Below are positions 17,950 through 25,731 of a stretch of DNA of 64,000 nucleotides, piece by piece; the stretch's first letter is position 1; every line of letters begins with the position of its first letter. The notes under the pieces are model-generated. The model did not search any database. It was given only the letters and a program-made list of their open reading frames with translations, and was not told the DNA's origin. A program made the position numbers and the translations under genes. Source of the stretch: Candidatus Pacebacteria bacterium GW2011_GWA1_46_10 (GTDB lineage: Bacteria; Patescibacteriota; Microgenomatia; UBA1400; PJMF01); contig LCLP01000003.1 of the NCBI GenBank assembly GCA_001002135.1, positions 41,198-105,197 of the forward strand, read 5' to 3'.

Positions 17950-18789
17950 ATGCTTTCCACTTTCCTTATTCTCTCCGCTGCTGGGCTATCCAAAGGTTTC
18001 TCCGTCATCATCAACAAAACCTTGTCTGCCAAAGGGTTCCGGGCTACTACCTATACTGCGGCCATTCAGCTGCTCAGTGCGATTGTCGCCACTCCACTGC
18101 TGTTTATCGACTTTCACATCACCACTAACCCTATTTACTGGCTGCTAATTGCCATCTCAGTAGTCGCCTACGCGTTCACTGTCTACTTCACTTTCAAAGC
18201 GTACAAGCTGGAGGATGCTTCCACAGTGGTAATCATTCAGCGGTTGACGGTAGTGCTGGCTTCGCTGGGGGCGATCGTGGTGCTACACGAACCATACTCG
18301 ACTAAATCGCTGCTAGGCCTACTGTTGGTATTTCTTGGCAGCTTGGTGGTCTCGGTCAGAAAGATGAAGCTCACGCTTAGTCTTGGTCTGATTTTTGCTT
18401 TACTGTCCACGGTGATGGGCGCTCCTACCATGATTTTGGACAAAATTATCCTGCAGGATTTTTCGCCGTTTACTTATGTATTCATCAACAACTTGCTGGT
18501 AGGGTTGGTGTTTGCCCTCAGAAAAGGGCTGCCGACAGAAACCAAATTACTGATGAAAAAACATCCCAAAGAGCTCTGGTTGACTTCCATTTTAAGTACT
18601 TTGAGCTTTGCTTTAATTCTCCTAGCATTAAAGAGCGGCAGTGTCTCGATCGTGATGCCGATGTACAAAAGCCTGTCCTTCATCACGCCGGTTTTCCTAG
18701 GAATTCTGCTGCTGAAAGAACGCCATCACCTCAGCCAAAAACTTCTCGGCGCCGGGTTGGGGTTGGCGGGGATATTGTTGTTAACCTGA
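17950..18789 (+). CDS. DMT superfamily transporter (EamA-like, 10 TM)
   Basis: 279 aa; two EamA-like halves of 4-5 TM each. Confidence 0.7.
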   Translation: MLSTFLILSAAGLSKGFSVIINKTLSAKGFRATTYTAAIQLLSAIVATPLLFIDFHITTNPIYWLLIAISVVAYAFTVYFTFKAYKLEDASTVVIIQRLTVVLASLGAIVVLHEPYSTKSLLGLLLVFLGSLVVSVRKMKLTLSLGLIFALLSTVMGAPTMILDKIILQDFSPFTYVFINNLLVGLVFALRKGLPTETKLLMKKHPKELWLTSILSTLSFALILLALKSGSVSIVMPMYKSLSFITPVFLGILLLKERHHLSQKLLGAGLGLAGILLLT

Positions 18790-18795
18790 AAAAAA

Positions 18796-19059
18796 CTATT
18801 TTGATTTATTCAACCTGTTGTAAAGCTCAGCTCCTACATAGCCTAAAAACCAGAAAACCAAAACTTCCAAAAACCAAAACACAAAAAATTTCGGTGTAAA
18901 TTGCTCCGTTACTCGTAACTGCCAACCAATCACAAATTCTGACATCACCATCTCGTACGATTGAGGAGCCAACCATCCCCAGAGGTGAAAAAGCGGATGT
19001 AGCACTAAATCAATCAAAGCAAAAGTATTGGCGAGAGCTAAAGAATTGATTTTCACCAA
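18796..19059 (-). CDS. small membrane protein (start uncertain)
   Basis: 87-aa hydrophobic ORF; a TATAAT (19069..19064) sits only 5 nt upstream of the called start, so the true start may be downstream. Confidence 0.35.
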   Translation of the reverse strand: MVKINSLALANTFALIDLVLHPLFHLWGWLAPQSYEMVMSEFVIGWQLRVTEQFTPKFFVFWFLEVLVFWFLGYVGAELYNRLNKSK

Positions 19060-19074
19060 GGAAATTATACAGGG

Positions 19075-19099
19075 AAAAGGAAGATGCAGGCTTCCTTTT
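19075..19099 (-). terminator. cassette A 3' hairpin AAAAGGAAG-CCUGCAU-CUUCCUUUU (minus-strand RNA)
   Basis: 9-bp perfect stem; loop CCUGCAU complementary to the loop of the 5' hairpin at 19558-19580; near-identical hairpin at 21598-21622. Confidence 0.5.
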
Positions 19100-19116
19100 G
19101 GTTGGAACTCTATTCT

Positions 19117-19323
19117 TTATGAAGAGTTTACTTTCCGTTTTATCTGCCAGGTTATCAGGAATAGAATTAAAATCGCTAATCCTGAAAAACCAAGCCTCAA
19201 CGCAAAGCTGTCTTTTGAAGACAATCCCATCACTATGAAAAATACTCCTGCAGCTAAAACGCCTGCAAAAGTTTCTCTCATAGAGTATCCCTTGCCATCT
19301 CTAGGGTGCAATCCCATGATCAT
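19117..19323 (-). CDS. cassette A small ORF2, 68-aa two-TM peptide
   Basis: ATG 19323 lies 1 nt after ORF1 stop (translational coupling); MIMGLHPRDGKGYSMRETFAGVLAAGVFFIVMGL...LAILILFLITWQIKRK. Confidence 0.4.
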   Translation of the reverse strand: MIMGLHPRDGKGYSMRETFAGVLAAGVFFIVMGLSSKDSFALRLGFSGLAILILFLITWQIKRKVNSS

Positions 19324-19324
19324 T

Positions 19325-19525
19325 TTAGTGAATATTGTGGCGTTCAGGGTCGTAGGAACTGTCAGCAACTCTGCTGACAAAAACCCGACCTAAACCATCA
19401 CCGTCATCATGACCCACTGGCATCGGTCCGCCAACTGCTGAACGTTTTCCAGGTTGTTTTTGAGTCACTTGGTCGTCATTGGCTTTTTTAACACCAAACG
19501 ACAACTTGAGAAAAATCGTAATCAT
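19325..19525 (-). CDS. cassette A small ORF1, 66 aa
   Basis: ATG 19525 preceded by CTAGGAGGCTCACAA (AGGAGG SD, 7-nt spacer); no family recognised. Confidence 0.5.
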   Translation of the reverse strand: MITIFLKLSFGVKKANDDQVTQKQPGKRSAVGGPMPVGHDDGDGLGRVFVSRVADSSYDPERHNIH

Positions 19526-19557
19526 TTGTGAGCCTCCTAGGCTGATAGTGGGTTAAC

Positions 19558-19816
19558 TAGAAAAGCCTGCATCTTCTCTATTAAAGAGCGAACCTGTCAG
19601 AGCTTATTCTGATGGTTCACCAGAGCTCAAACTTGTGAAAAGTTTTTTGCTCTCTCTAATAGCTAGTTACTAGAGACAACAAAAAACAGCCATCAAAAAA
19701 CCCGCCGAAGCGGGGTGATGACTGTTTGACTTTTTATTTTTACTGCACGTTAAATCACCCCGCTCTTAGAGAGGGTGTGATAGCTGACTAAAACTTGCGC
19801 ATCTTTATTTAACATG
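19558..19816 (-). ncRNA. cassette A ~290-nt structured leader (paralog of 21910-22160)
   Basis: Between predicted TSS (~19816) and SD: 5' GCGCAU..AUGCGC hairpin, CCCGC-UUCG-GCGGG + U6 terminator-like hairpin (19703-19717), nested stems gaacc/ggttc and agagc/gctct, 8-bp hairpin with loop AUGCAGG; covarying stems versus copy B. Confidence 0.55.
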
Positions 19817-19822
19817 CGCCCT

Positions 19823-19850
19823 ATTATAGGGGAAATTAATTGTATGTCAA
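19823..19850 (-). promoter_or_regulatory. sigma70 promoter TTGACA-16-TATAAT driving cassette A
   Basis: Minus strand TTGACA (19850..19845), 16-nt spacer, TATAAT (19828..19823). Confidence 0.6.
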
Positions 19851-19871
19851 TATGTTAATACGTTAATATAT

Positions 19872-20174
19872 TTATCTCTTTGACTTGCCGTACATTCTCT
19901 CCAGTACGGTTGAGTAACCTTGCCACGACTCACGATATAACCACTGCGCTACTCTCGTCACTGTTGTTGTACTAGTGCCAACTTCTTTCGCAATCTCCAG
20001 ATACGATTTCTCCGTCGTCCACAGCAACTTGGCAATCTGAAAACGTCGGGAAAACTCTTCAATCTCTGCTGGCGTCAGCAAATCCCTCAAAAAACCAGCA
20101 ATTTCTCGCTCACTCTTTAATTTTGTGAGAGCATTAACCAACTCTTTATCTTGTTTAGAGGGATATTTGGGCAT
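19872..20174 (-). CDS. TrpR-like/YerC-family DNA-binding protein
   Basis: 100 aa; ..LLTPAEIEEFSRRFQIAKLL...SYLEIAKEVGTSTTTVTRVAQ.. Trp-repressor-like HTH. Confidence 0.65.
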   Translation of the reverse strand: MPKYPSKQDKELVNALTKLKSEREIAGFLRDLLTPAEIEEFSRRFQIAKLLWTTEKSYLEIAKEVGTSTTTVTRVAQWLYRESWQGYSTVLERMYGKSKR

Positions 20175-20196
20175 GTTAACAGTTTAACATTTTTGC

Positions 20197-20688
20197 TTAA
20201 ACAATCTCCGTAATTTCTGGTTTTACTATTTTTCGATAATCTTCTGCCTTCATCGCCACCGAAAACCGCCGATCGCCGGCGTTAAAAACAATTTTTTCCA
20301 GCTTCATGAGACTGGGATCCACAATCACTTTTAAGTCAAACAGATTGCCAAACGGTGGAACACCTCCTGGTTCAACTCCATCAGTGAGCTTCCCCACCTC
20401 TTCTGTGGTGGCAAAACGGATGTCCTTGGCACCCAGCAAGGCTTTGAGTTTGACTCCATCAAAACGCTTATCTCCAGGCAATACTAGCATCAGAAACTCT
20501 TTATCCTGCTGACTGCGTTTTACCCGAATAATGATCGCCTTAGCGCCCTGCTCCAGTGAGTAACCTGTGCGCACCTTAGCTGCCTCCTCACTCGTCCTCA
20601 CTGGCTCATGCTCAAAAGTCTCAAACCAGTAACCGCCAGCCTTGAGCAAATCTAGAATTTTTGAGGTAACGGGGTGGTATTGTGGCAT
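20197..20688 (-). CDS. aminoacyl-tRNA deacylase, YbaK/ProX family
   Basis: 163 aa; ..DGVEPGGVPPFGNLF.. signature of YbaK/prolyl-tRNA editing domain. Confidence 0.75.
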   Translation of the reverse strand: MPQYHPVTSKILDLLKAGGYWFETFEHEPVRTSEEAAKVRTGYSLEQGAKAIIIRVKRSQQDKEFLMLVLPGDKRFDGVKLKALLGAKDIRFATTEEVGKLTDGVEPGGVPPFGNLFDLKVIVDPSLMKLEKIVFNAGDRRFSVAMKAEDYRKIVKPEITEIV

Positions 20689-20694
20689 GAAGTT

Positions 20695-21639
20695 TTACTT
20701 TCTCGCAAAAACCAGCAAAATAATGCCAATAATGGCCAATATCAATCCCAAGCTTACTTTTCCATAATGCTTTTTTAAATCAATTTCTTTAAATACTAAA
20801 ATGCCGATGGCGATTGTCCATAAGGCGCTGGTTTGAATCATGGTAAAAGCAATTGAGGCGGCTAAATGTTGATATGAGAAAAGTTGAAACAAGCTTGCAC
20901 CCAGATATAGAACGCCAGCTGACAAACCTACCCATACTTCTCTTTTTACTGCTCTTCGCAATTCACTAATTTTTCCTCTCAATAAAATATAGGTAGCAAT
21001 ACTGCCGGCAATAGCCAAACTCCAAACGACTTGTTGCAAGTACACGCCGACATGAGAGGTGACGTATTTCTGAATGACAGCAACTGACCCAAACCCTAAG
21101 GCTGAGAGTAATGCCAAAGATACTCCTCTGATATTAATTTTCTTTGCTGTCTCGGATGAAGTAGTGAAAAATATCGCTGATAGAAAAATTGCTACAGCGG
21201 CCAGTAAAGCAAATACAGGATTGGTGGTAGCAAATTCCTTTAAAACCACCAGGCTCAACACTGCTCCTACTGGTCCTTGTAAATTTTTCCATTGATTGGA
21301 TCTAGAAAGACCAATTAAATCAATCGAACCGACAAACAATACAAATGATCCTGCCCAGATCAAGCCAGCCAAGACTGACCACCATAAAATAGGCGAAAAT
21401 GATTCTTGAAAACCTAACAATGGTTTAAAGAGATATAAAACCAATGAACAAACCGAAAAACCCACAGCCATAAAAAAACTGAAAACCACCGGGGAAAGTT
21501 TGCTGAGTTTTCTGGGAACAACGTAGAGGCTAAAAAAAACCGAACTGATAAGTGCAAATAGATAACCGCTCACGAAGGAGATTATAACAACAAAAGGAAA
21601 AGGAAGATGCAGGCTTCCTTTTTTTGTAATACTACTCAA
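20695..21639 (-). CDS. DMT superfamily transporter (EamA-like); N-terminus as called is probably too long
   Basis: 10-TM protein; first ~12 codons of the called ORF overlap the cassette B 3' hairpin (21598-21622), so the true start is likely downstream. Confidence 0.6.
   Translation of the reverse strand: MSSITKKGSLHLPFPFVVIISFVSGYLFALISSVFFSLYVVPRKLSKLSPVVFSFFMAVGFSVCSLVLYLFKPLLGFQESFSPILWWSVLAGLIWAGSFVLFVGSIDLIGLSRSNQWKNLQGPVGAVLSLVVLKEFATTNPVFALLAAVAIFLSAIFFTTSSETAKKINIRGVSLALLSALGFGSVAVIQKYVTSHVGVYLQQVVWSLAIAGSIATYILLRGKISELRRAVKREVWVGLSAGVLYLGASLFQLFSYQHLAASIAFTMIQTSALWTIAIGILVFKEIDLKKHYGKVSLGLILAIIGIILLVFARK
21598..21625 (-). terminator. cassette B 3' hairpin AAAAGGAAG-CCUGCAU-CUUCCUUUU, bidirectional terminator-like
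   Basis: Same 25-nt hairpin as 19075-19099; followed by T-rich tract on both strands (TTTTTTTTG on +, CCTTTTGTTGTT on -). Confidence 0.5.
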
Positions 21640-21653
21640 GATTATTGAACGTT

Positions 21654-21881
21654 TTATGGTTGTCTGATTTGAATTGAATCCACTTTTTTATCCCCATCAA
21701 AAACATCCAGAAAATACTGAGTCTTTGGAGGTTGTACTTCAATATGAGCTCCACCCCATTGCCCCCTACACCCAGTGGCTGAGTAAAGTGTGGCAGTTGT
21801 AACTTCAAAACGGCAACCAGGATATTTAGCTTGTAATTGATCCAACGCCTCTTTTTGGGTCGGTAGTCTGTTTTCTGCCAT
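21654..21881 (-). CDS. cassette B small ORF, 75 aa
   Basis: ATG 21881 preceded by TATAAGGAGATGAA (AAGGAG SD); protein MAENRLPTQKEALDQLQAKYPGCRFEV... unrelated to cassette A ORFs. Confidence 0.55.
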   Translation of the reverse strand: MAENRLPTQKEALDQLQAKYPGCRFEVTTATLYSATGCRGQWGGAHIEVQPPKTQYFLDVFDGDKKVDSIQIRQP

Positions 21882-21909
21882 TTCATCTCCTTATACAAGA
21901 AAATTTGGT

Positions 21910-22160
21910 CAGAAAAGCCTGCATCTTCTCTGTGAAAGAGCGAACCAATCCGAAGCAATTTCGGCGGTTCACTAGAGCAAATAAAACTTTTTCAAGGTTG
22001 TTTGCTCTCCTCAATTCTCTGAAAAATACTTAAGACAACAAAAAACCCCGAAGACTTCGGGGTATTGCTGTTTGATTGTTTGTTGAAAATAAATCACTTC
22101 CCCGAAGTTAGACTTGGGGATAACAATAAGCGCTAGACTTAAATTGAACGTGATTCATTG
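21910..22160 (-). ncRNA. cassette B ~280-nt structured leader (paralog of 19558-19816)
   Basis: Alignable with copy A across ~240 nt; shared blocks agaaaagcctgcatcttctct, aaagagcgaacc, ggttcac-agagc, gctctc, acaacaaaaaac; stems differ by compensatory changes (ccgaagcaatttcgg vs tcagagcttattctga; ccccgaagtcttcgggg vs cccgcttcggcggg). Confidence 0.55.
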
Positions 22161-22166
22161 GGGGAG

Positions 22167-22195
22167 ATTATAACAGATTGTACGAGGGGGTTGTG
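22167..22195 (-). promoter_or_regulatory. candidate promoter for cassette B (TATAAT 22172..22167; weak -35)
   Basis: Minus-strand TTATAAT with upstream TACAAT; -35 poorly conserved compared with copy A. Confidence 0.35.
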
Positions 22196-22317
22196 ATTCG
22201 TTTTAGAACTTACGGGTAAAAATAACTAAAAGTAAAAACTAGTATTTATGTATAATCAGAACTAGCTCTGGCCGTCAGTATTTTCATTGGGTATCTCGGC
22301 TTCCGAGTGGAGAAGAA

Positions 22318-22569
22318 ATGATCAATCCATCCCCTGAAGAAAGCTCAGCAAAAGAGATCGAATTGTATAGAGTTGATTATTATTACTGTCCCCAAAAATA
22401 CACCGCTGGTTGTCAAGAAATGGCTCCAGGAAGAACCTTCGAAATCGAAGTTAAACAGGATTCAGACATGAAAACGTACTACAACGCCTTTCAAAGCGCT
22501 GCTGAAAAAAACGCTCCCCTCTGCCCAGTTCACTCAGAAAAAATGCTTCCTTTATTAAGGAAAGTTTGA
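22318..22569 (+). CDS. small Cys-containing hypothetical protein (83 aa)
   Basis: Divergent from cassette B; YYYCPQKYTAGCQEM...LCPVHSEKM suggests possible metal-binding. Confidence 0.45.
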   Translation: MINPSPEESSAKEIELYRVDYYYCPQKYTAGCQEMAPGRTFEIEVKQDSDMKTYYNAFQSAAEKNAPLCPVHSEKMLPLLRKV

Positions 22570-22706
22570 TTTTCCCAAGAATTTTGCTTACTTCCAAGTA
22601 TAACCTCGTAGTTTATTTAGTTTATATCGCTCACCAAGCTGTACCCTCGGCCGACGCTCCAGCTTGTATCATCACCCCACAACTTTTACACTGATAAATA
22701 CAGTAA

Positions 22707-23678
22707 ATGAACGAAACTTCCGCTACTCAACCAGCAGCTGAAAAATATCAAGCCAAAACACCAGAAAAAGCTTGGGGGTTTCCGCGAAAAGGCAGAGTTT
22801 TAAGACTCAAACCGAAAGAGGTTATGCCTCTGGAAATAACTCCAACAGAAAGAGATAAACGAATTAAGGAAAAGTATGGTACCGAGCCTCAAACCGGATT
22901 AGTAGAGAGGGGTGTACGCTTTGATGGACCAGAGGGACCAGCTTGGGCAGTAGAAGCATATATCCCCATCTCTAAGACCATTAGAAAAATTGTAAAACGA
23001 GCGTATGGTGTAAGAATAGATATTCCAGAGAGAATTGCCGGCATTATTTACCTTGATCTTGCCCCTCAGCAATCTATATACCCTATCAAGTACAGAACAA
23101 TAAAAACCGACTGGCGAACCAAGTCTCGGTTACTGGCCAGACAACCCCTTGATAGACTCAGAACAGCCAGTCAAAAAGACAATCTATTAGATTTCTTTGC
23201 CTTCCTTCACTCCATCAATATGGGTGGTCCAAACAACTCACCAGAGGAAAAAAAGGCTCGAGTCTTCACGGACATCCTTCAAAACATCTTTTCAGAACGA
23301 AAAGAACTGCAAGAGGAATTTAATGAACTTCTAGCTCAAGGAAAAGGCACTGAATTGGTCATTGTCGATGGCCACGGCGGCGGGAAACCAGAACATATTA
23401 TGGGCGAGCAGTACTACGATACCGTTAAAAAGGGCGATTATACAGTCCAAAGAGCTGGCAATCGGGTCTTTACCAAAGAAATAGTTGAGATGTACAACGA
23501 TCCAAAAACTTACGCCGCTGTTATCTTCCACGCCTGTAACATCGAGGGAGTGGACGTTCCTGTTAAAGACGTCCCAATCATTCATCCTCTTGGAGCGTCA
23601 ACAACAGGGGATTCTCTTCTCGCTGATGTAATTCCTGCATACAAAAATCGGTCATTTATCAAAACTCCCGAAAAATAG
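22707..23678 (+). CDS. hypothetical protein with caspase-like His/Cys dyad arrangement
   Basis: 323 aa; hydrophobic strand + HG (ELVIVDGHGGG) then ~55 aa later hydrophobic strand + HAC (AAVIFHACNIEG), the order and spacing used by clan CD (C14-like) peptidases. Confidence 0.5.
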   Translation: MNETSATQPAAEKYQAKTPEKAWGFPRKGRVLRLKPKEVMPLEITPTERDKRIKEKYGTEPQTGLVERGVRFDGPEGPAWAVEAYIPISKTIRKIVKRAYGVRIDIPERIAGIIYLDLAPQQSIYPIKYRTIKTDWRTKSRLLARQPLDRLRTASQKDNLLDFFAFLHSINMGGPNNSPEEKKARVFTDILQNIFSERKELQEEFNELLAQGKGTELVIVDGHGGGKPEHIMGEQYYDTVKKGDYTVQRAGNRVFTKEIVEMYNDPKTYAAVIFHACNIEGVDVPVKDVPIIHPLGASTTGDSLLADVIPAYKNRSFIKTPEK

Positions 23679-23743
23679 CTGCTCTTTTTCTCATTACTGA
23701 TAGTTTCCTCCTTGAATTTCTGTGTTACACTTACCCCGTCCCG

Positions 23744-24316
23744 GTGAGAAAGCCACGATCACACGTCTCACAAGTCGCCTTTGAAAACGAGTGGGTCACA
23801 GTTAAAGTCGATACCCTCACCTTCGGTCAAAATCGCCAATACTCGTACAGCTATGTGGCCAAACGCCATCCCGGCGTGATGGTCGTGCCATACTTCACCA
23901 AAAACGATTCGATCTTAATGACCCAACAGTACCGTCACCCAGTGCACAAAATAGCGCTCGGGTTTCCCGGTGGCGCCATCGAAGACGGTTTCACACCTGA
24001 AGCAGCCGGGCGTAAAGAAATGCTGGAAGAAACCGGTTACCAGGCGAAAAAACTGATTGATTTAGGACCGTTCATGCCCGACATTGGTATTCAATCCGAC
24101 ATCGGCCGCATCTTTTTGGCCATCGATCCAGTAAAGGTTGCCGAGCCAACTCAAAACACTGATGAAGAAACCACTATCCCCATTATTAAAACCGTGAACG
24201 AAATCAAACAGCTTATTGACGACGGGCAGATCCGAGACGGCTGGTCACTCGGACCGCTGCTCCTCTTTTTGCTCTGGAGAGAAAGTCAAAAGTTAAAAGT
24301 TGAAAGTAAAAAGTGA
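23744..24316 (+). CDS. NUDIX hydrolase
   Basis: Nudix box GFPGGAIEDGFTPEAAGRKEMLEETGY (GX5EX7REUXEEXGU). Confidence 0.8.
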   Translation: MRKPRSHVSQVAFENEWVTVKVDTLTFGQNRQYSYSYVAKRHPGVMVVPYFTKNDSILMTQQYRHPVHKIALGFPGGAIEDGFTPEAAGRKEMLEETGYQAKKLIDLGPFMPDIGIQSDIGRIFLAIDPVKVAEPTQNTDEETTIPIIKTVNEIKQLIDDGQIRDGWSLGPLLLFLLWRESQKLKVESKK

Positions 24317-25731
24317 TGGTAAAAACAATCGTCAAATCTTCCAGTTGGGAAAAAACCGCACCCAACTTCTTGGCTATCTCGCCGCTGGATGGTCGTAACT
24401 ACCACAAAGTTGCACCCCTTTCGCAGTATTTTTCCGAATATGCACTCAACCGTGCCCGCGTCTATGTGGAGCTCACTTACTTACTCTATTTGGTAAAAAT
24501 TCGGGTCGCCCCCAATTTGACTAAAAGACAGTCACAAAAGTTACTCAATATCCATAAAAAATTTGATGAATCAGCGATAAGAGAGGTGCGTACCATCGAG
24601 CATTCCACCAACCACGACGTCAAAGCCGTGGAGTATTACCTCAAAATTAAGCTCCAAAAACTTGGCCTCAAGTCCCACCAGGAGTGGTTGCACTGGGCCT
24701 TGGCTTCAGAAGATGTTAATAACCTGGCTTACGGCCTACTCCTACGGGACTATCATCGAGAAGTTTTACTCCCACTGGTTAAGAAAGCCCTCGATCAATT
24801 AGCTCGAGTAGCCGAGAAAGCAAATATCCCGATGCTTGGCCGCACCCACGGACAACCGGCCAGCGTCACGACATTGGGAAAAGAATTAGCCGTATATCTT
24901 TCACGATTCCAGATTACCCTCGATCAGTTCAAGTCAACCAAGTTTTATGGCAAACTCGGTGGCGCCGTTGGTTCGTATGCCGATCAGGCTGCGCTGGACC
25001 AAAGTAAAAACTGGCCCAGCTTGCTGGCTGCCTACATCAAATCACTGGGGTTTGAACCCATCCCCATCAGTACTCAAATTGCCCCTTACGAACACCTCGC
25101 TTCATACTTCAGTCAACTGAAAATTCTGCAGGAAACCGCCGTGGATCTTACCCAAAACCTCTGGTGGTACATCAGCTTTGAGTATTTTGTCCAAACCAAA
25201 AAAACCGGCGAGGTCGGTTCTTCCATCATGCCGCATAAGATTAACCCCATTTACTTGGAGGGAGCCGAGGGTGGCTTTCAACTTGCCAACGCTCTTTTGG
25301 GTTTTTACAGCCAGAAATTTCTTCATTCCCGCCTGCAGCGCGACCTGTCCGACACCACTGTGCGCCGCAGCTTCGGCATCGCTTTTGGCTATTCATACCT
25401 GTCTTGGCAAAGCTTGATCGAAGCCCTGGAGCGACTGACACCAAACCGAGTAACACTCGAGCGAGACCTTGATCAACATTGGGAGATTTTAGCCGCACCA
25501 GTGCAAAATTACCTGCGCACCAAAGGGTATCTAAAACCCTATGAACTGCTGAAAAACAAAACTCGCGGCCAGCGCTTTACCAGAGAAGAATGGGTTAAAT
25601 TAATCGGTTCGCTGAAACTGGAGACCGCTGACCAAGTCTATGTGTTGTCACTAACTCCACAGACACTCGCTAAAACTTCGACCAAACTGGCTAAACAAGC
25701 TATTGCTCGCTACCAAAAGGCATACCAATGA
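24313..25731 (+). CDS. purB: adenylosuccinate lyase
   Basis: 472 aa; fumarate-lyase superfamily signature GSSIMPHKINPI; ATGA overlap with previous gene. Confidence 0.9.
   Translation: MMVKTIVKSSSWEKTAPNFLAISPLDGRNYHKVAPLSQYFSEYALNRARVYVELTYLLYLVKIRVAPNLTKRQSQKLLNIHKKFDESAIREVRTIEHSTNHDVKAVEYYLKIKLQKLGLKSHQEWLHWALASEDVNNLAYGLLLRDYHREVLLPLVKKALDQLARVAEKANIPMLGRTHGQPASVTTLGKELAVYLSRFQITLDQFKSTKFYGKLGGAVGSYADQAALDQSKNWPSLLAAYIKSLGFEPIPISTQIAPYEHLASYFSQLKILQETAVDLTQNLWWYISFEYFVQTKKTGEVGSSIMPHKINPIYLEGAEGGFQLANALLGFYSQKFLHSRLQRDLSDTTVRRSFGIAFGYSYLSWQSLIEALERLTPNRVTLERDLDQHWEILAAPVQNYLRTKGYLKPYELLKNKTRGQRFTREEWVKLIGSLKLETADQVYVLSLTPQTLAKTSTKLAKQAIARYQKAYQ

Noticed and set aside
19028-19393. 121-aa plus-strand ORF spanning cassette A, and the 69-aa ORF 47077-47286 spanning the palindromic element
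   Set aside because: Both run across conserved RNA/DNA structural elements and overlap better-supported minus-strand small ORFs with strong SD sequences.
21581-21586. TATAAT 8 nt upstream of a GTG as a leaderless start for the EamA gene 20695-21639
   Set aside because: Leaderless initiation on GTG is unlikely. More probably the gene starts at a downstream ATG, and the TATAAT is coincidental or belongs to the terminator-flanking A/T-rich tract.
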